A stretch of DNA of 64,000 bases. Origin: Promethearchaeota archaeon. Its GTDB lineage: Archaea; Asgardarchaeota; Lokiarchaeia; Sigyniarchaeales; SOKP01. The DNA lies in assembly GCA_016839765.1 (NCBI GenBank), contig JAEOTP010000007.1:32001-96000 (forward strand). The letters run 5' to 3'. This document shows positions 38,581 to 49,068 of this stretch, in pieces. A program made the translations under genes and the position numbers. The first letter of the stretch is position 1; each line of letters opens with the position of its first letter. The notes under the pieces were generated by a model that saw only the letters and a program-made list of their open reading frames with translations, made no database searches and had not been told where the DNA came from.

Positions 38581-39417
38581 ATGGAGATTTTAGAAATAAG
38601 AAAAGAAATAATCATTGATTTAAGGAATGAAATTCCAGAATTAGTGGACAAATTTAACCATTTCATATTAAAAAAGTTACCTAGTAAAAAAAACTCCGTT
38701 TTAAATATAGTGTTTAACCAGAAAACGGATCGATTTCCTAAAGAATTTATAATTAAATTATTTAGAACTGATAAATCTAAAAATGAATATTATACCTTGA
38801 ATAATTTAACAAAACAAGAAATAAAATTGCCAAAAATTCTCTTTTTTAAAGAACCATACTTATTTCTTAAGAAAATAAAAGGAGTAAATCTATGTGATTT
38901 CATTAATGATAAATTGCGAAATGTTGTAAGTATAGATGATTTAGATCCAGAATCTAAAGAAGGAATATTTGAAGGTTTAAACAAATTAGCTGCCTGGTTA
39001 GCTCAGTTACATAATATGAATATTGTAGATGCTTCTGACAATTCAAAAATCATCGTTTTAAACAAAGGAGACACAAGATTGAGAGATTTTATTTATAACA
39101 TTGATAAAAATAAAATATCTGGAGTCGATTTTGAAGATTCCTACAATGGAAATCATTTAGATGATATTACATGGATTTGTTGTTCCTTACTTGATACTAA
39201 TCCCGGAATATTTGAATTAGATAATCCAAAATTAAAGATTGATTTGATTAATTACTTTTTACAAAGTTATTATAAAATAAATACTAATTTTCACTTTGAT
39301 TATAATTATTTTGTAGGACAACTGATTGAAAACCTTAATCTCGTAATGAGAAGAAGAAATATCAATTTAACTCTTGATAAAGCATACTTTATTGAAGATA
39401 TTTCAAAAGAACTCTAA
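38581..39417 (+). CDS. Protein-kinase-like / phosphotransferase fold protein
   Basis: IIKLF, LAQLH, KGDTRLRDF and GVDFE motifs. Confidence 0.7.
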   Translation: MEILEIRKEIIIDLRNEIPELVDKFNHFILKKLPSKKNSVLNIVFNQKTDRFPKEFIIKLFRTDKSKNEYYTLNNLTKQEIKLPKILFFKEPYLFLKKIKGVNLCDFINDKLRNVVSIDDLDPESKEGIFEGLNKLAAWLAQLHNMNIVDASDNSKIIVLNKGDTRLRDFIYNIDKNKISGVDFEDSYNGNHLDDITWICCSLLDTNPGIFELDNPKLKIDLINYFLQSYYKINTNFHFDYNYFVGQLIENLNLVMRRRNINLTLDKAYFIEDISKEL

Positions 39418-39524
39418 TAACTTTTCTTCTCCTTTTTAAAACTTCCTTCTTAAAAAAGCATATTTAATAATAATTACCCTATACATTTATTATAATTTTA
39501 TTCAAAATTGTAGGAGATTTAGTA

Positions 39525-40277
39525 ATGAGTACACCATTATTAGACGCAAAAACCTCGTTAAAGAAAATATTATCTAATGTTGATTATTTAGAGAGCTTAA
39601 ATAAGGATTATATACCTAAATTAAAAGAATTACCAACAAATTTACTAGAGGCTATTCAAAAACTTGAAGATGAGAAAAATGGAATATTGAAGTCAATCGA
39701 TCATAATTCAGATGAAATAAATTCATATAAAAATAAAATAACTGAAAATCAGAGGGAAGTTTCAAAACTCGAGGAATCTAACAGTGACTTAACACAACAG
39801 CGTCAAAACCTTATGGATAAGATACAAAATAAGCAAAATCAATTAAAAGCGACTAACGATACTATTAGAGTAAAAAATGAAGAATTTTCAAACCGTACGA
39901 AACGATTGAATGAGTTAGAGAATAAAATCATAGACTTATCCAGAGAATTACTTCAATCTGAAGATAATTTAAAACAGATTGAGAAAGATCTTGAAAATAC
40001 TTTTCTCAAAAAAGAACGACAAGTCCAGAACTTTGGATATTGCGTGCAAGCAATGAAAATTCTTATTAATAAAAAATATATAAATTCATCATTATATCAA
40101 TTCATAAGAGCATTACAAGTAGGAAGTGCATTAGAAGTAAAAAATATCTTATTAGCAATCGATATGAGGGAAGATCAAGCAATAAAGATTCTTAGTAAAA
40201 TGTTAGAAGAAAATGGTCCAATTGAATTTGATTCAGCAACCGGGACAGTAACATTAAAACAGGAGGTGGATTTCTGA
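39525..40277 (+). CDS. Coiled-coil protein with probable C-terminal winged-helix domain
   Basis: About 180 aa of heptad-rich sequence, then a helix-turn-helix and IEFDSATGTVTL wing. Confidence 0.6.
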   Translation: MSTPLLDAKTSLKKILSNVDYLESLNKDYIPKLKELPTNLLEAIQKLEDEKNGILKSIDHNSDEINSYKNKITENQREVSKLEESNSDLTQQRQNLMDKIQNKQNQLKATNDTIRVKNEEFSNRTKRLNELENKIIDLSRELLQSEDNLKQIEKDLENTFLKKERQVQNFGYCVQAMKILINKKYINSSLYQFIRALQVGSALEVKNILLAIDMREDQAIKILSKMLEENGPIEFDSATGTVTLKQEVDF

Positions 40278-41014
40278 TGAGCTCAAACTTAAAGGATGTG
40301 TTCGGATTGATTGAAACACTCGAAAAATCTTTAGATGGATATCAGCAATTTTTTCAAAAAACTCACGAAACTTTAACACAAGATTTGAGTACTGCTTGGA
40401 AAAGAATGAAAGATGAACAAAAAGAAATTGAAGATTTTGAAGCCGTTGTTCGTTCACAAAATTCCGAACTTACTGAATTAAAGCTTAAATCTGACGAATT
40501 AGATAAGAAACTTACTGAAGTACAGAAGATAAAAAGTGAATTGACGTCAAAAATTTCTGAATTAAATAGTTCTTTAGAAACGGTAAATGATGACCTTAAA
40601 ACACCTCAATTAGAATTAGAAAATTTAATGACAAAGTTAAATTCTTTAAATCAAAAGATTATGTCGAAAGAAGATGAAAAATCTGCGATGGATCAGAAAA
40701 AAATGGATTACCAGAATCGCGAGAATTACCTACAAACTACATATACGGAAGAAAAAATGGCTGATCTGAATACGAAATTATCTCAGTTAAAAAGAAATAA
40801 TTTCTTTACGTCGTTTTTAATTGAAAATTCTGAAGAAAAAATTCCAGAAGTAGATATTATCGCAACTATAATGACCCAAGGAAGTGTGAATCTCGATGAA
40901 CTCAAGAAACTACTCGATGTCCCCCCAATTATGGCAGTTAGAACAATTAAACAGCTAGCAATTGCTGGAATTATAAATTTAGATGAAGATACTAATATAA
41001 TCACTATGCCTTAG
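40277..41014 (+). CDS. Coiled-coil protein with C-terminal winged-helix domain
   Basis: Heptad repeats, then VNLDELKKLLDVPPIMAVRTIKQLAIAGIINLD; 1-nt TGATG overlap with the upstream gene. Confidence 0.65.
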   Translation: MSSNLKDVFGLIETLEKSLDGYQQFFQKTHETLTQDLSTAWKRMKDEQKEIEDFEAVVRSQNSELTELKLKSDELDKKLTEVQKIKSELTSKISELNSSLETVNDDLKTPQLELENLMTKLNSLNQKIMSKEDEKSAMDQKKMDYQNRENYLQTTYTEEKMADLNTKLSQLKRNNFFTSFLIENSEEKIPEVDIIATIMTQGSVNLDELKKLLDVPPIMAVRTIKQLAIAGIINLDEDTNIITMP

Positions 41015-41190
41015 AATTTATGAAATTGAATATTTTTTGTTTTTTCTTTTTTTAAAAATTAAATATTATTCTATATATTTTAATTAAGGGCTATATCCCT
41101 ATTCTATCGTTATTTCCCACCATACATAACACTTATAAATCATTTCAATTTATCATTCTTAACATATTTACATAAAACAAATAGATTAGA

Positions 41191-42369
41191 ATGAAATCAA
41201 AAGATATAATAATCGGAGTATTACTAATTATTTCAGTAGGTTTAGCTGGGGGATTAGGATTTATTTTAATTACATGGGAACCCAAAACGACAAGCCCTCC
41301 CACTTATCTTTCTGGTTTACCCGATGATTGGAGTACTGCGCCAAATTCTAGTTATTTAATTTTAAACAATCAAACTCACAGTGATATTAAAGTTTATTTC
41401 GAAGATATATTAAAAGCAATAGATACTTATCAAAATTCTCAAACAAACGCTTATGAGACTGGATTAGAAATAAAAACAATTATAGATCCAGACACTAACA
41501 TTCCTATAACCGGCTTTAGTATAACTGATTTATTTGATGAATATAATACTTACTTTCCAGGGGAGATTCATTTTCTTTCTGAGGAGGATGTGTATGGGCA
41601 AAGAAATATATTCAATACTTCTGCAAGTGATATCTTAGAAAAACTGGAGGATGGGGATGAAACCCTGATGATTGCTATCGCAGCAAATAAACAATGGTTA
41701 GCAGATTCTCCTTTAGGGGATAAGTTTGGAAATTTTACTTTAATTGGAGAAGGAATGGATGCTCGTATTTGCAATTTAGAACAAATAAATGTTCTTAGTA
41801 ATTGGACTTTAGATATCTATTTAGATGATGAGTTAAAACTTTCTTTACAACCAAATAATATAACAGATGCTTCCTATAAATATAGCTATATATATTCTTA
41901 TAATCGGTCTGATGATTGGAGTATGAATAGATATTATGCCGGAGTAAATCTATCAATGCTTTGTGACTGGGTGGGGCTTAATGACAGTGTAGATTTTGAA
42001 TTAAAGGCTTGGGCAGCTGATAACTTTGCAGCTCCTCATGGGTCATCAAAAAAACGTGGATTCACTGAAATTGAAGTTTATCATGGATTAGAATGGAATT
42101 CAACTTATTGGGATTATGTTAATTCAACAGATCCAGGTGATCCCGGAGTGCCCCTACCTGATGTATATGACGATTTACCAATTATTTTAGCATATGAACT
42201 TCAAATATTAGGGGAATATGATGGAACATCTACAGCAATAAATCCTTCTTGGCCTTCTAAAAAAATCTGTGGTTTCGGTAATGGACCATATGTATTAATG
42301 GTCCCCGGTAGAGTACGTTCATGGCAAATCAAAATGATAAATAGAATTGAAATTATTACTAATCCATAA
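41191..42369 (+). CDS. Membrane-anchored extracellular protein with molybdopterin-binding (sulfite oxidase-like) fold repeats
   Basis: N-terminal TM; YAGVNLSML, IILAYE and GPYVLMVPG...IKMINRIEI motifs. Confidence 0.55.
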   Translation: MKSKDIIIGVLLIISVGLAGGLGFILITWEPKTTSPPTYLSGLPDDWSTAPNSSYLILNNQTHSDIKVYFEDILKAIDTYQNSQTNAYETGLEIKTIIDPDTNIPITGFSITDLFDEYNTYFPGEIHFLSEEDVYGQRNIFNTSASDILEKLEDGDETLMIAIAANKQWLADSPLGDKFGNFTLIGEGMDARICNLEQINVLSNWTLDIYLDDELKLSLQPNNITDASYKYSYIYSYNRSDDWSMNRYYAGVNLSMLCDWVGLNDSVDFELKAWAADNFAAPHGSSKKRGFTEIEVYHGLEWNSTYWDYVNSTDPGDPGVPLPDVYDDLPIILAYELQILGEYDGTSTAINPSWPSKKICGFGNGPYVLMVPGRVRSWQIKMINRIEIITNP

Positions 42370-42471
42370 ATATTTTTTTAATATTGAATATTTCATCCTT
42401 TCAGTATTCATAATGGTAAGCTTAATATTTGTTATAAAATATAGACATAAACTCGAATTTAAATAAAGAAG

Positions 42472-43020
42472 ATGAAAACCAGAAATTTTTATATACTTAT
42501 ATCATCGATAATTGTTGGAATGGTAATTTTCTGGTTATTTTTATATGCAATAGTTGAATTGGATGCAGATCTATTTCAAGATCCTAACTCGGTCACAATT
42601 CGAGGAAGTGGATTAAATAGAGAAATAACTTTAACCATCACCCAATTAAAATCAGATAAATATGATCAAGTTATAGATAAAACCTATCATTTTATGGATT
42701 TTTTTGAAACAGAATATGATATAATATATTCGGGAGTGTCATTGTGGAGTATATTAGAAGAAGAAAATTTGATCTATGGAGAAATTTCAATACTTAAATT
42801 TGAATTCTGGGGAAGAGACCTTTATCATTCTCCAAAAGCCTTAAATCTGTCCATTGTGAAAGATCATCCTGAATTGGTTATTATCGCTTATGAGGAAAAC
42901 GGGGCTCCATTATTTGGAGACGGGCCATTAAGATCAGTCTTGGATCAATCAATATTGCCAGATGGAGAGTATGGTTCTCAATATTCTGTACAAATGTTAA
43001 GTGAGATCATTATAAAATAA
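42472..43020 (+). CDS. Membrane-anchored protein with a molybdopterin-binding-like domain
   Basis: N-terminal TM; YSGVSLWSIL, IIAYEENGAPL and DGPLRSV motifs. Confidence 0.6.
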   Translation: MKTRNFYILISSIIVGMVIFWLFLYAIVELDADLFQDPNSVTIRGSGLNREITLTITQLKSDKYDQVIDKTYHFMDFFETEYDIIYSGVSLWSILEEENLIYGEISILKFEFWGRDLYHSPKALNLSIVKDHPELVIIAYEENGAPLFGDGPLRSVLDQSILPDGEYGSQYSVQMLSEIIIK

Positions 43021-43036
43021 TACTGAGTTATGAATA

Positions 43037-43681
43037 ATGAAAATGAATGATAAAGAGATAGCTGAACAGAAGGAAAATAAAGAATATCAACAAAAATTCA
43101 AAGAAACTGGTTTCATTGAAAAAAAGAAAATTACCAATCTTGATCTAATATATTCCTTTATAATTGGAGTATTAGGAGGGATTATTTCCAGTTTAATTCC
43201 TTTTAGTCTCTTAATCAAAGTATGGTTTCCTTTTACGGGAGGAACTCAGTTAGTAAGTGGTCATCATGTTATTTGGGCATCAATAGTTTATGGTTTAACA
43301 AAGAAGAAACAAAACGTTTTCTTTACTATGATTTCTAAAGGATTACTTGAGTTTTTATTAGGAGATCAATTAGGTTTACTAATAATTTTCGTTAATTTCA
43401 TGGAAGCTTTCTTCTTAGTAATAGGTTTTCTTATAATGGAAAAAGTAGGTGAAGGAGAAACTAAATTAGGATGGGGGATCGCAGGAGGTTTCGGAAACAT
43501 TTTTCAAGCACCATTCATTTGGATCATCAAACAACGTTGGTTTCTTCATTGGAGTCTTTGGGCACTAGCTTTTATCTTTGCTTTTCTATCTGGTATATTT
43601 ATAGTTGGTTTATTAGGCAGAACTATAAAGAATGAATTAATAAAGGCAGGAGTTCCAATAACGTTTCAAATAGAGGTGTGA
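43037..43681 (+). CDS. ECF transporter S component (YkoE-like)
   Basis: About 6 TM helices with GLLEFLLG and LIKAGV; precedes the ECF ATPase and T genes. Confidence 0.7.
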   Translation: MKMNDKEIAEQKENKEYQQKFKETGFIEKKKITNLDLIYSFIIGVLGGIISSLIPFSLLIKVWFPFTGGTQLVSGHHVIWASIVYGLTKKKQNVFFTMISKGLLEFLLGDQLGLLIIFVNFMEAFFLVIGFLIMEKVGEGETKLGWGIAGGFGNIFQAPFIWIIKQRWFLHWSLWALAFIFAFLSGIFIVGLLGRTIKNELIKAGVPITFQIEV

Positions 43682-43688
43682 TTTTTAA

Positions 43689-45494
43689 ATTTCAAATATT
43701 GCTCTTTCTTTTGAGAACTTTTCTTTTATATACAATCAAGATAAAAAGCAAAAGCCATGTGTCTCGGATATAAACTTCCAATTAAAAGAAGGTGAGACTT
43801 TAATTTTAGCAGGTCCAAGTGGGAGCGGTAAATCTACTTTATCGTATGCCATGAATGGAATTATCCCTTGGAGACAAAAAGGTTTGGTTAAAGGAGATGT
43901 TAAAATTTATGGAAAAAGTTTCTGGGATTATTCATTTTCAGATTTATCTAAAATAGTGGGATTAGTAAAGCAAAATCCTATTGAACAATTAGTAACTTTT
44001 ACAGTAAGAGATGAAATTGCTTTTGGATTGGAAAATCTAAACTGTTCGAAACAAGAGATAGAAGCTAAAATTGAAGAGATTTCCAAACTAATGGGATTAA
44101 ATAATATTTTGGATCGTTCAGTTGAGCAATTAAGTGGGGGTCAAAAACAACTTACTATATTAAGTTCATTTTTAGTAATGAATCCCAAAATCCTTATTTT
44201 AGATGAGCCAATAGCATTTTTGGATCAACAATCTGAGAGTTTACTCCTTGATAGGTTAAAAAGTTTAATTAAATCCAAGGAGTACTCTTTAACATTAATA
44301 ATAATTGAGCATCGTTTATCTCGTGTTATTGATAGTGCAGATAAATTGGTAATTCTTGATGAAACTGGAAAAATAGCTCTAAAAGGAGACGTCACTGATA
44401 TATTACAGAACCACTTTGATGAGTTAAAATCATGTAATGTAAGAGTACCATGGTTAATTGACATCTTTGATGCTTACAGAAAAATTACCAAAAATGAATT
44501 TGTAATTGAAAATTCCATGAATTTTCAAAAATTCTTTAATTTAATATCTAAATTTGATGAAAATAACCTAAAGATTTTACAAAATATTATTGAAAATAAA
44601 GAAATACAAACAAAAGAATTACAAAAATATCAAGAATTAGAAAAAAGAATTGATATAAATGAGACTTATGTAAAGTCATTAAAAAATAAGAAGTTTAATG
44701 GAAATGAACAAGATTTTAATGATGAAATTTCAAATGAAAACAATATAATTTTAGAAACTAAGGATCTTTCCTTTAGTTATCCAAACAGCGGTGTTCAGGC
44801 TTTAAAAGGTTTATCCATAAAAATACAGAAAGGGGATTTTATTGGTCTTATTGGTCCAAATGGATCTGGTAAAACTACGCTTCTTTACTTGCTAGCTAAT
44901 TTATACAAACAAACATCTGGTGAAATTTTTTATCAGAATAAAAGATTAGATGATACTGATCCTTATAATTATGCCAAAAAAGTTGGTTTTATATTTCAAA
45001 ATCCTGAAAATATGATATTCAAATCTACAATTAAAGATGAAATCTTATACGCCCCTAGAAATTTTGGGATCTATAAAGAGTTAAGAGAGGAATACGTTAA
45101 AAAATTAATAGATTTAATCGGAAATGAGGATCCATTGAAAAATCCATATAATTTAAGTTGGGGTCAAAAAAGGCGTTTGAATTTAAGTTCTATATTTATT
45201 TATAGTCCTGAGATCATCTTATTAGATGAGCCTTTTATTGGTCAAGATCAAAAAACTATTGATTCTTTAATAGAAACGCTCTATATTGAAAACAAAAGAG
45301 GAAAAACAATAATCATTTCCTCCCATGATTATCATTTATTATTAAAGTATACAAAAAGGATTATTGAACTAAGTAAAGACGGAACACTTCAAAATTATGA
45401 TACTAAAAGTAATTATTTTATCAAACATAGTAATCTCGGACCTATTATACTCTTAAACGAGATTAATAATAAGTTAAATGAGGTTGGAATTTAA
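43689..45494 (+). CDS. ECF transporter duplicated ATPase (probable ATT start)
   Basis: The first Walker A (GPSGSGKST) lies upstream of the track ATG. LSGGQKQ, second GPNGSGKTT and LSWGQKRR follow. TAA sits immediately before ATT at 43689. Confidence 0.9.
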   Translation: MSNIALSFENFSFIYNQDKKQKPCVSDINFQLKEGETLILAGPSGSGKSTLSYAMNGIIPWRQKGLVKGDVKIYGKSFWDYSFSDLSKIVGLVKQNPIEQLVTFTVRDEIAFGLENLNCSKQEIEAKIEEISKLMGLNNILDRSVEQLSGGQKQLTILSSFLVMNPKILILDEPIAFLDQQSESLLLDRLKSLIKSKEYSLTLIIIEHRLSRVIDSADKLVILDETGKIALKGDVTDILQNHFDELKSCNVRVPWLIDIFDAYRKITKNEFVIENSMNFQKFFNLISKFDENNLKILQNIIENKEIQTKELQKYQELEKRIDINETYVKSLKNKKFNGNEQDFNDEISNENNIILETKDLSFSYPNSGVQALKGLSIKIQKGDFIGLIGPNGSGKTTLLYLLANLYKQTSGEIFYQNKRLDDTDPYNYAKKVGFIFQNPENMIFKSTIKDEILYAPRNFGIYKELREEYVKKLIDLIGNEDPLKNPYNLSWGQKRRLNLSSIFIYSPEIILLDEPFIGQDQKTIDSLIETLYIENKRGKTIIISSHDYHLLLKYTKRIIELSKDGTLQNYDTKSNYFIKHSNLGPIILLNEINNKLNEVGI

Positions 45495-46369
45495 TGAAAG
45501 ATAAGAACAAAGTGTTAGACTATAAGAAATATACATTTGCATATTTTCCTGGAAATTCACTTTTTCATAAATTAAATCCCATCTCAAAGATTATTTTTTT
45601 AATTTTTCTCACGATAATTACGTTTATAATAAAATCTTTACTTTTCTTGACTCTTCTTTTGTTTATTATTATATTATTGACATTTTTTAGTAGCATTTCT
45701 CTAAAAAATTTTCTTAGAAAAACTAGATTTATTATTCTTATTCTAATTTTTAGTGTTTTTCTTAATCTTTTTTTTAACGCTATCCCGAGCGATCAGGATA
45801 TAGTTCTATTTTATCTATTTAATTTAGATTTTTTACCTATAAGAAGATTAGCAGTATATTATGCGCTTAGAGCATTACTAATTGTTCTCACATTATATAG
45901 CTCCACAATTATTTTTAGTAATACAACTTCTGCTAAAGATTTTGTATATTCTTTAATGAAACTGAGGATTCCATACAAATATTGTTTTTCATTCATGGTT
46001 GGAATTAAATATATTCCTTCAATTGAACAAGAAGCAAAAACTATTTCCCTAGCTCAGAGAGCAAGAGGTTTTGGTTTAGAGAAAGCAAATACTATTAAGA
46101 AAGCTTACCGATTAATTTCTGAAAGATTGATGTCCACTTTAGTATCCATCCTTAGAAAAGGGCATACTACTTCTATTTCAATGGAAAATCGTTGCTTTGG
46201 ATTATATAAAAAAAGAACTAATATTACAGAAATCAAATATAAATTATTGGATATCGTTTTTATTTGTTTTTGTACTTTTTGGTTTGTATTAATTACACTA
46301 TATTTATTTAAAATTTTGCCGATACCACAATTCCCTTCCTTATATCAAATATACTTAAACCTCTTTTAA
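45494..46369 (+). CDS. ecfT: ECF transporter T component
   Basis: HKLNPISK, AQRARG and SMENRCF motifs. Confidence 0.88.
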   Translation: MKDKNKVLDYKKYTFAYFPGNSLFHKLNPISKIIFLIFLTIITFIIKSLLFLTLLLFIIILLTFFSSISLKNFLRKTRFIILILIFSVFLNLFFNAIPSDQDIVLFYLFNLDFLPIRRLAVYYALRALLIVLTLYSSTIIFSNTTSAKDFVYSLMKLRIPYKYCFSFMVGIKYIPSIEQEAKTISLAQRARGFGLEKANTIKKAYRLISERLMSTLVSILRKGHTTSISMENRCFGLYKKRTNITEIKYKLLDIVFICFCTFWFVLITLYLFKILPIPQFPSLYQIYLNLF

Positions 46370-46460
46370 GAACTTTTGAATCAAACCTAAACCTATTTTA
46401 TTATTTTCAGCTTAAGATTTCAGTAGTTTAATTTTTTAGAAATGAAATATTACTTAAATT

Positions 46461-47333
46461 ATGGTCAATACCATGGCAACTGTTGAAGAAATTCAACAAA
46501 AATATGCGATTGTTGGAAGAACCGAAGAGCTGAAAAAATTAATATTAGCTCGATCTGTTGGAAAACATATTTTAATCGAAGGAGAAGTTGGAGTCGGAAA
46601 AACAACCGTTGCGCGAGCTATCTCTTCTTATTTCGATTCTGGCTTTTATAGAGTTGACTGTAATGAAGAGACTTTATCACATAATCTTGTTGGATATTGG
46701 GACCCCCCCTTAGTAATAGCAAAGGGCTATATAGAAGATTCTTATGTATTTGGGCCACTTGCTTCTGCTATGCTTAATGGAGGGTGTCTATTCATTAATG
46801 AAATAAATAGAATGCCAGAAAGCACTCAAAATTCTTTGTTAACTGCTTTGGATGAAGGAATTCTAGACATTCCTAAATTAAAAACTATTCGCGCCCATAA
46901 AGATTTCTTTGTTGTGGCAACCCAAAATCCTGCTGCTCATGTAGGTGTGACTGTTTTAGGAGAGGCTTTAAAAGATAGATTTATATGGGTTAAATTAGAT
47001 TACCAGAACCCTGAAGAAGAAATTTTAATTATAAAAAAAGAAGCAAACCTTCATGATTCGAATAGTGATAACGTGGCAAAAGTCTGCCAAAATATAATTC
47101 AAATGACACGAGAACTTACATCAATTCGTCGAGGTAGTTCAATAAGAGGTGCAATCGATCTTGCTGGATTGATTTCTAATTCTGGTAAAGAAAGTAGCAC
47201 CAAAAATTGGGTTGAAGCAGGTATTATGGCTTTATATAATAAAATCGAATTAGAAGATGGTGTAACTAGATCAAAGATAGAAATCATTACAGATATTATT
47301 CTTTCTACTTTAAATGAAGTGGATTTTCAATAA
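46461..47333 (+). CDS. MoxR-family AAA+ ATPase
   Basis: GEVGVGKT, INEINR, ATQNP and ALKDRF motifs. Confidence 0.88.
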   Translation: MVNTMATVEEIQQKYAIVGRTEELKKLILARSVGKHILIEGEVGVGKTTVARAISSYFDSGFYRVDCNEETLSHNLVGYWDPPLVIAKGYIEDSYVFGPLASAMLNGGCLFINEINRMPESTQNSLLTALDEGILDIPKLKTIRAHKDFFVVATQNPAAHVGVTVLGEALKDRFIWVKLDYQNPEEEILIIKKEANLHDSNSDNVAKVCQNIIQMTRELTSIRRGSSIRGAIDLAGLISNSGKESSTKNWVEAGIMALYNKIELEDGVTRSKIEIITDIILSTLNEVDFQ

Positions 47334-48445
47334 TCGATGATTTCTCTTCTAAAGATTCTGAAGAGATTGAGAATGAACGGTTGCACGTAAGATTAACAGA
47401 AAGGATCCCCGATAAGGATATTTTAAGATTCGAGATCATAAGAAAAAAAAAGAAAAAACCTGATTATTATCATCATTTAGCAGATTCATTGGATTATAAA
47501 CAAATTAAAGACTTAACCTTTTTAGCGATTGAATATAAAAATCTCGAAGCCATTATAGGGTTGCTTAAATCAAATGTGTACGCTGCTACAGATGCTTTAG
47601 ATTGTGATAAGGGCGTTAAATTCTTCTCGGAAAAGTCAAAAGATTCAGCAACCTCTATGGCGGAAGTTTATTTTTTCATAAGAAGACCTATCTCTGATAA
47701 ATATAAAAATGTTTTTAGGCGATTAGCCAGACAAAGTATACTAAAAACTTCTCTTAAAATAACAAGTAAAGGAATAAGAGGAAGTTACAAAAAAACAGTT
47801 CCATATTATGAGATAGGAATGCCTGAATTTGATATAGATGAAACTATACAGCATAACCCTCTAAAAATCCATCAGAGAAGTTTATCTTATAAAGATATTT
47901 ACGGTATTAAAAGAAAACAACAAAAGAGGAAAATCATTTTAATTCTTGATACGAGTGGAAGTATGTATGGAAAACTTCTTCTAAATGCTGCTTTAACGAC
48001 TTCGGTATTAGCTTATAACATGGAAAAAGAAGATTATGCAATCGTGTTATTTAACTCAACAGCCATGGTTTTAAAACATATTAATGAAAGAAAACTAATT
48101 ACAGCTATAATAGATGAGATTCTTGATTCTGAAGCAGTTGGTTTTACAAACATCCAAGTTGGCTTAGAAAAAGGATTGAAAGAATTAAGTAAAGTAAAGA
48201 AGAATCCAAGAAATCAATTTGGAATTTTAATTACAGATGGTAATTATAATCGTGGGGAAAAACCATTTGAATTGGCTAAAAAATATCCAAAATTACATGT
48301 AATAGGGATGCCCGCTGAAAATGATGCTGATAGGGGTATTGATACGTGTAAAGAGATTGCAAAAAAAGGGCGCGGCAAATTCTATGCTGTAAATGACTAT
48401 AAGGAAATTCCTAGGGCTTTAATTGAATTATTATCGAAAACATGA
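47330..48445 (+). CDS. VWA-domain protein (MoxR partner); start uncertain (ATA 47330 or TTG 47381)
   Basis: MIDAS DTSGSM, GFTNI and LITDG motifs. Confidence 0.85.
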   Translation: MIDDFSSKDSEEIENERLHVRLTERIPDKDILRFEIIRKKKKKPDYYHHLADSLDYKQIKDLTFLAIEYKNLEAIIGLLKSNVYAATDALDCDKGVKFFSEKSKDSATSMAEVYFFIRRPISDKYKNVFRRLARQSILKTSLKITSKGIRGSYKKTVPYYEIGMPEFDIDETIQHNPLKIHQRSLSYKDIYGIKRKQQKRKIILILDTSGSMYGKLLLNAALTTSVLAYNMEKEDYAIVLFNSTAMVLKHINERKLITAIIDEILDSEAVGFTNIQVGLEKGLKELSKVKKNPRNQFGILITDGNYNRGEKPFELAKKYPKLHVIGMPAENDADRGIDTCKEIAKKGRGKFYAVNDYKEIPRALIELLSKT

Positions 48446-48477
48446 TTTAATTCCTTAATAAAAATATAGTTGGAAGA

Positions 48478-48942
48478 ATGGAAAAAATAATAAGACTTGT
48501 CTCAGAAAAAGATTTCAACCTTTTAAAAGAAATGTATCTTCAAGATGTTGAAAGCCATGAGCAGAGAGCGAAGCAATTCGCTGAAGATTTAGTCCATAGG
48601 TTAAAAACAATTATTTGTGTAACTGATGGTAAATTAATAGGAACTATTTCTTGGGATACTCGAGGTGGCTTAAATGATGGTGTCATTGAACTCATCGGGT
48701 TGGGCATAACTCAAAAGTTCAGAAGACAAGGAATTGCTAAGGAATTAGTTTTGACTTTAATAGAAAAAGCAAAAGCTTTCTATAAATTGTCAGGTTATAA
48801 ATTAAGGGTTATTTACTTTTTTATGGAAAGGCAAAATAAAGGGGGTCGAGCGTTCTATAAACATATGGGATTTCGTGAAGTTTCAATTATACCAGCTTTT
48901 TATCCACATGATGATGCTGTGTTATGGATTAAATATTTCTAG
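48478..48942 (+). CDS. GNAT-family acetyltransferase
   Basis: FRRQGIAKEL and AFYKHMGF motifs. Confidence 0.85.
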   Translation: MEKIIRLVSEKDFNLLKEMYLQDVESHEQRAKQFAEDLVHRLKTIICVTDGKLIGTISWDTRGGLNDGVIELIGLGITQKFRRQGIAKELVLTLIEKAKAFYKLSGYKLRVIYFFMERQNKGGRAFYKHMGFREVSIIPAFYPHDDAVLWIKYF

Positions 48943-49068
48943 TTTAATTTTAAATTAATTTTGAAAAAAATTCTAAATTAATATTGGAAAACAATTTTAG
49001 AAAATATAGAATTTTTTAAATTAAAAAATCTTATTTCAATAAAACACTAATTTTTAGTTGGATTAAAG

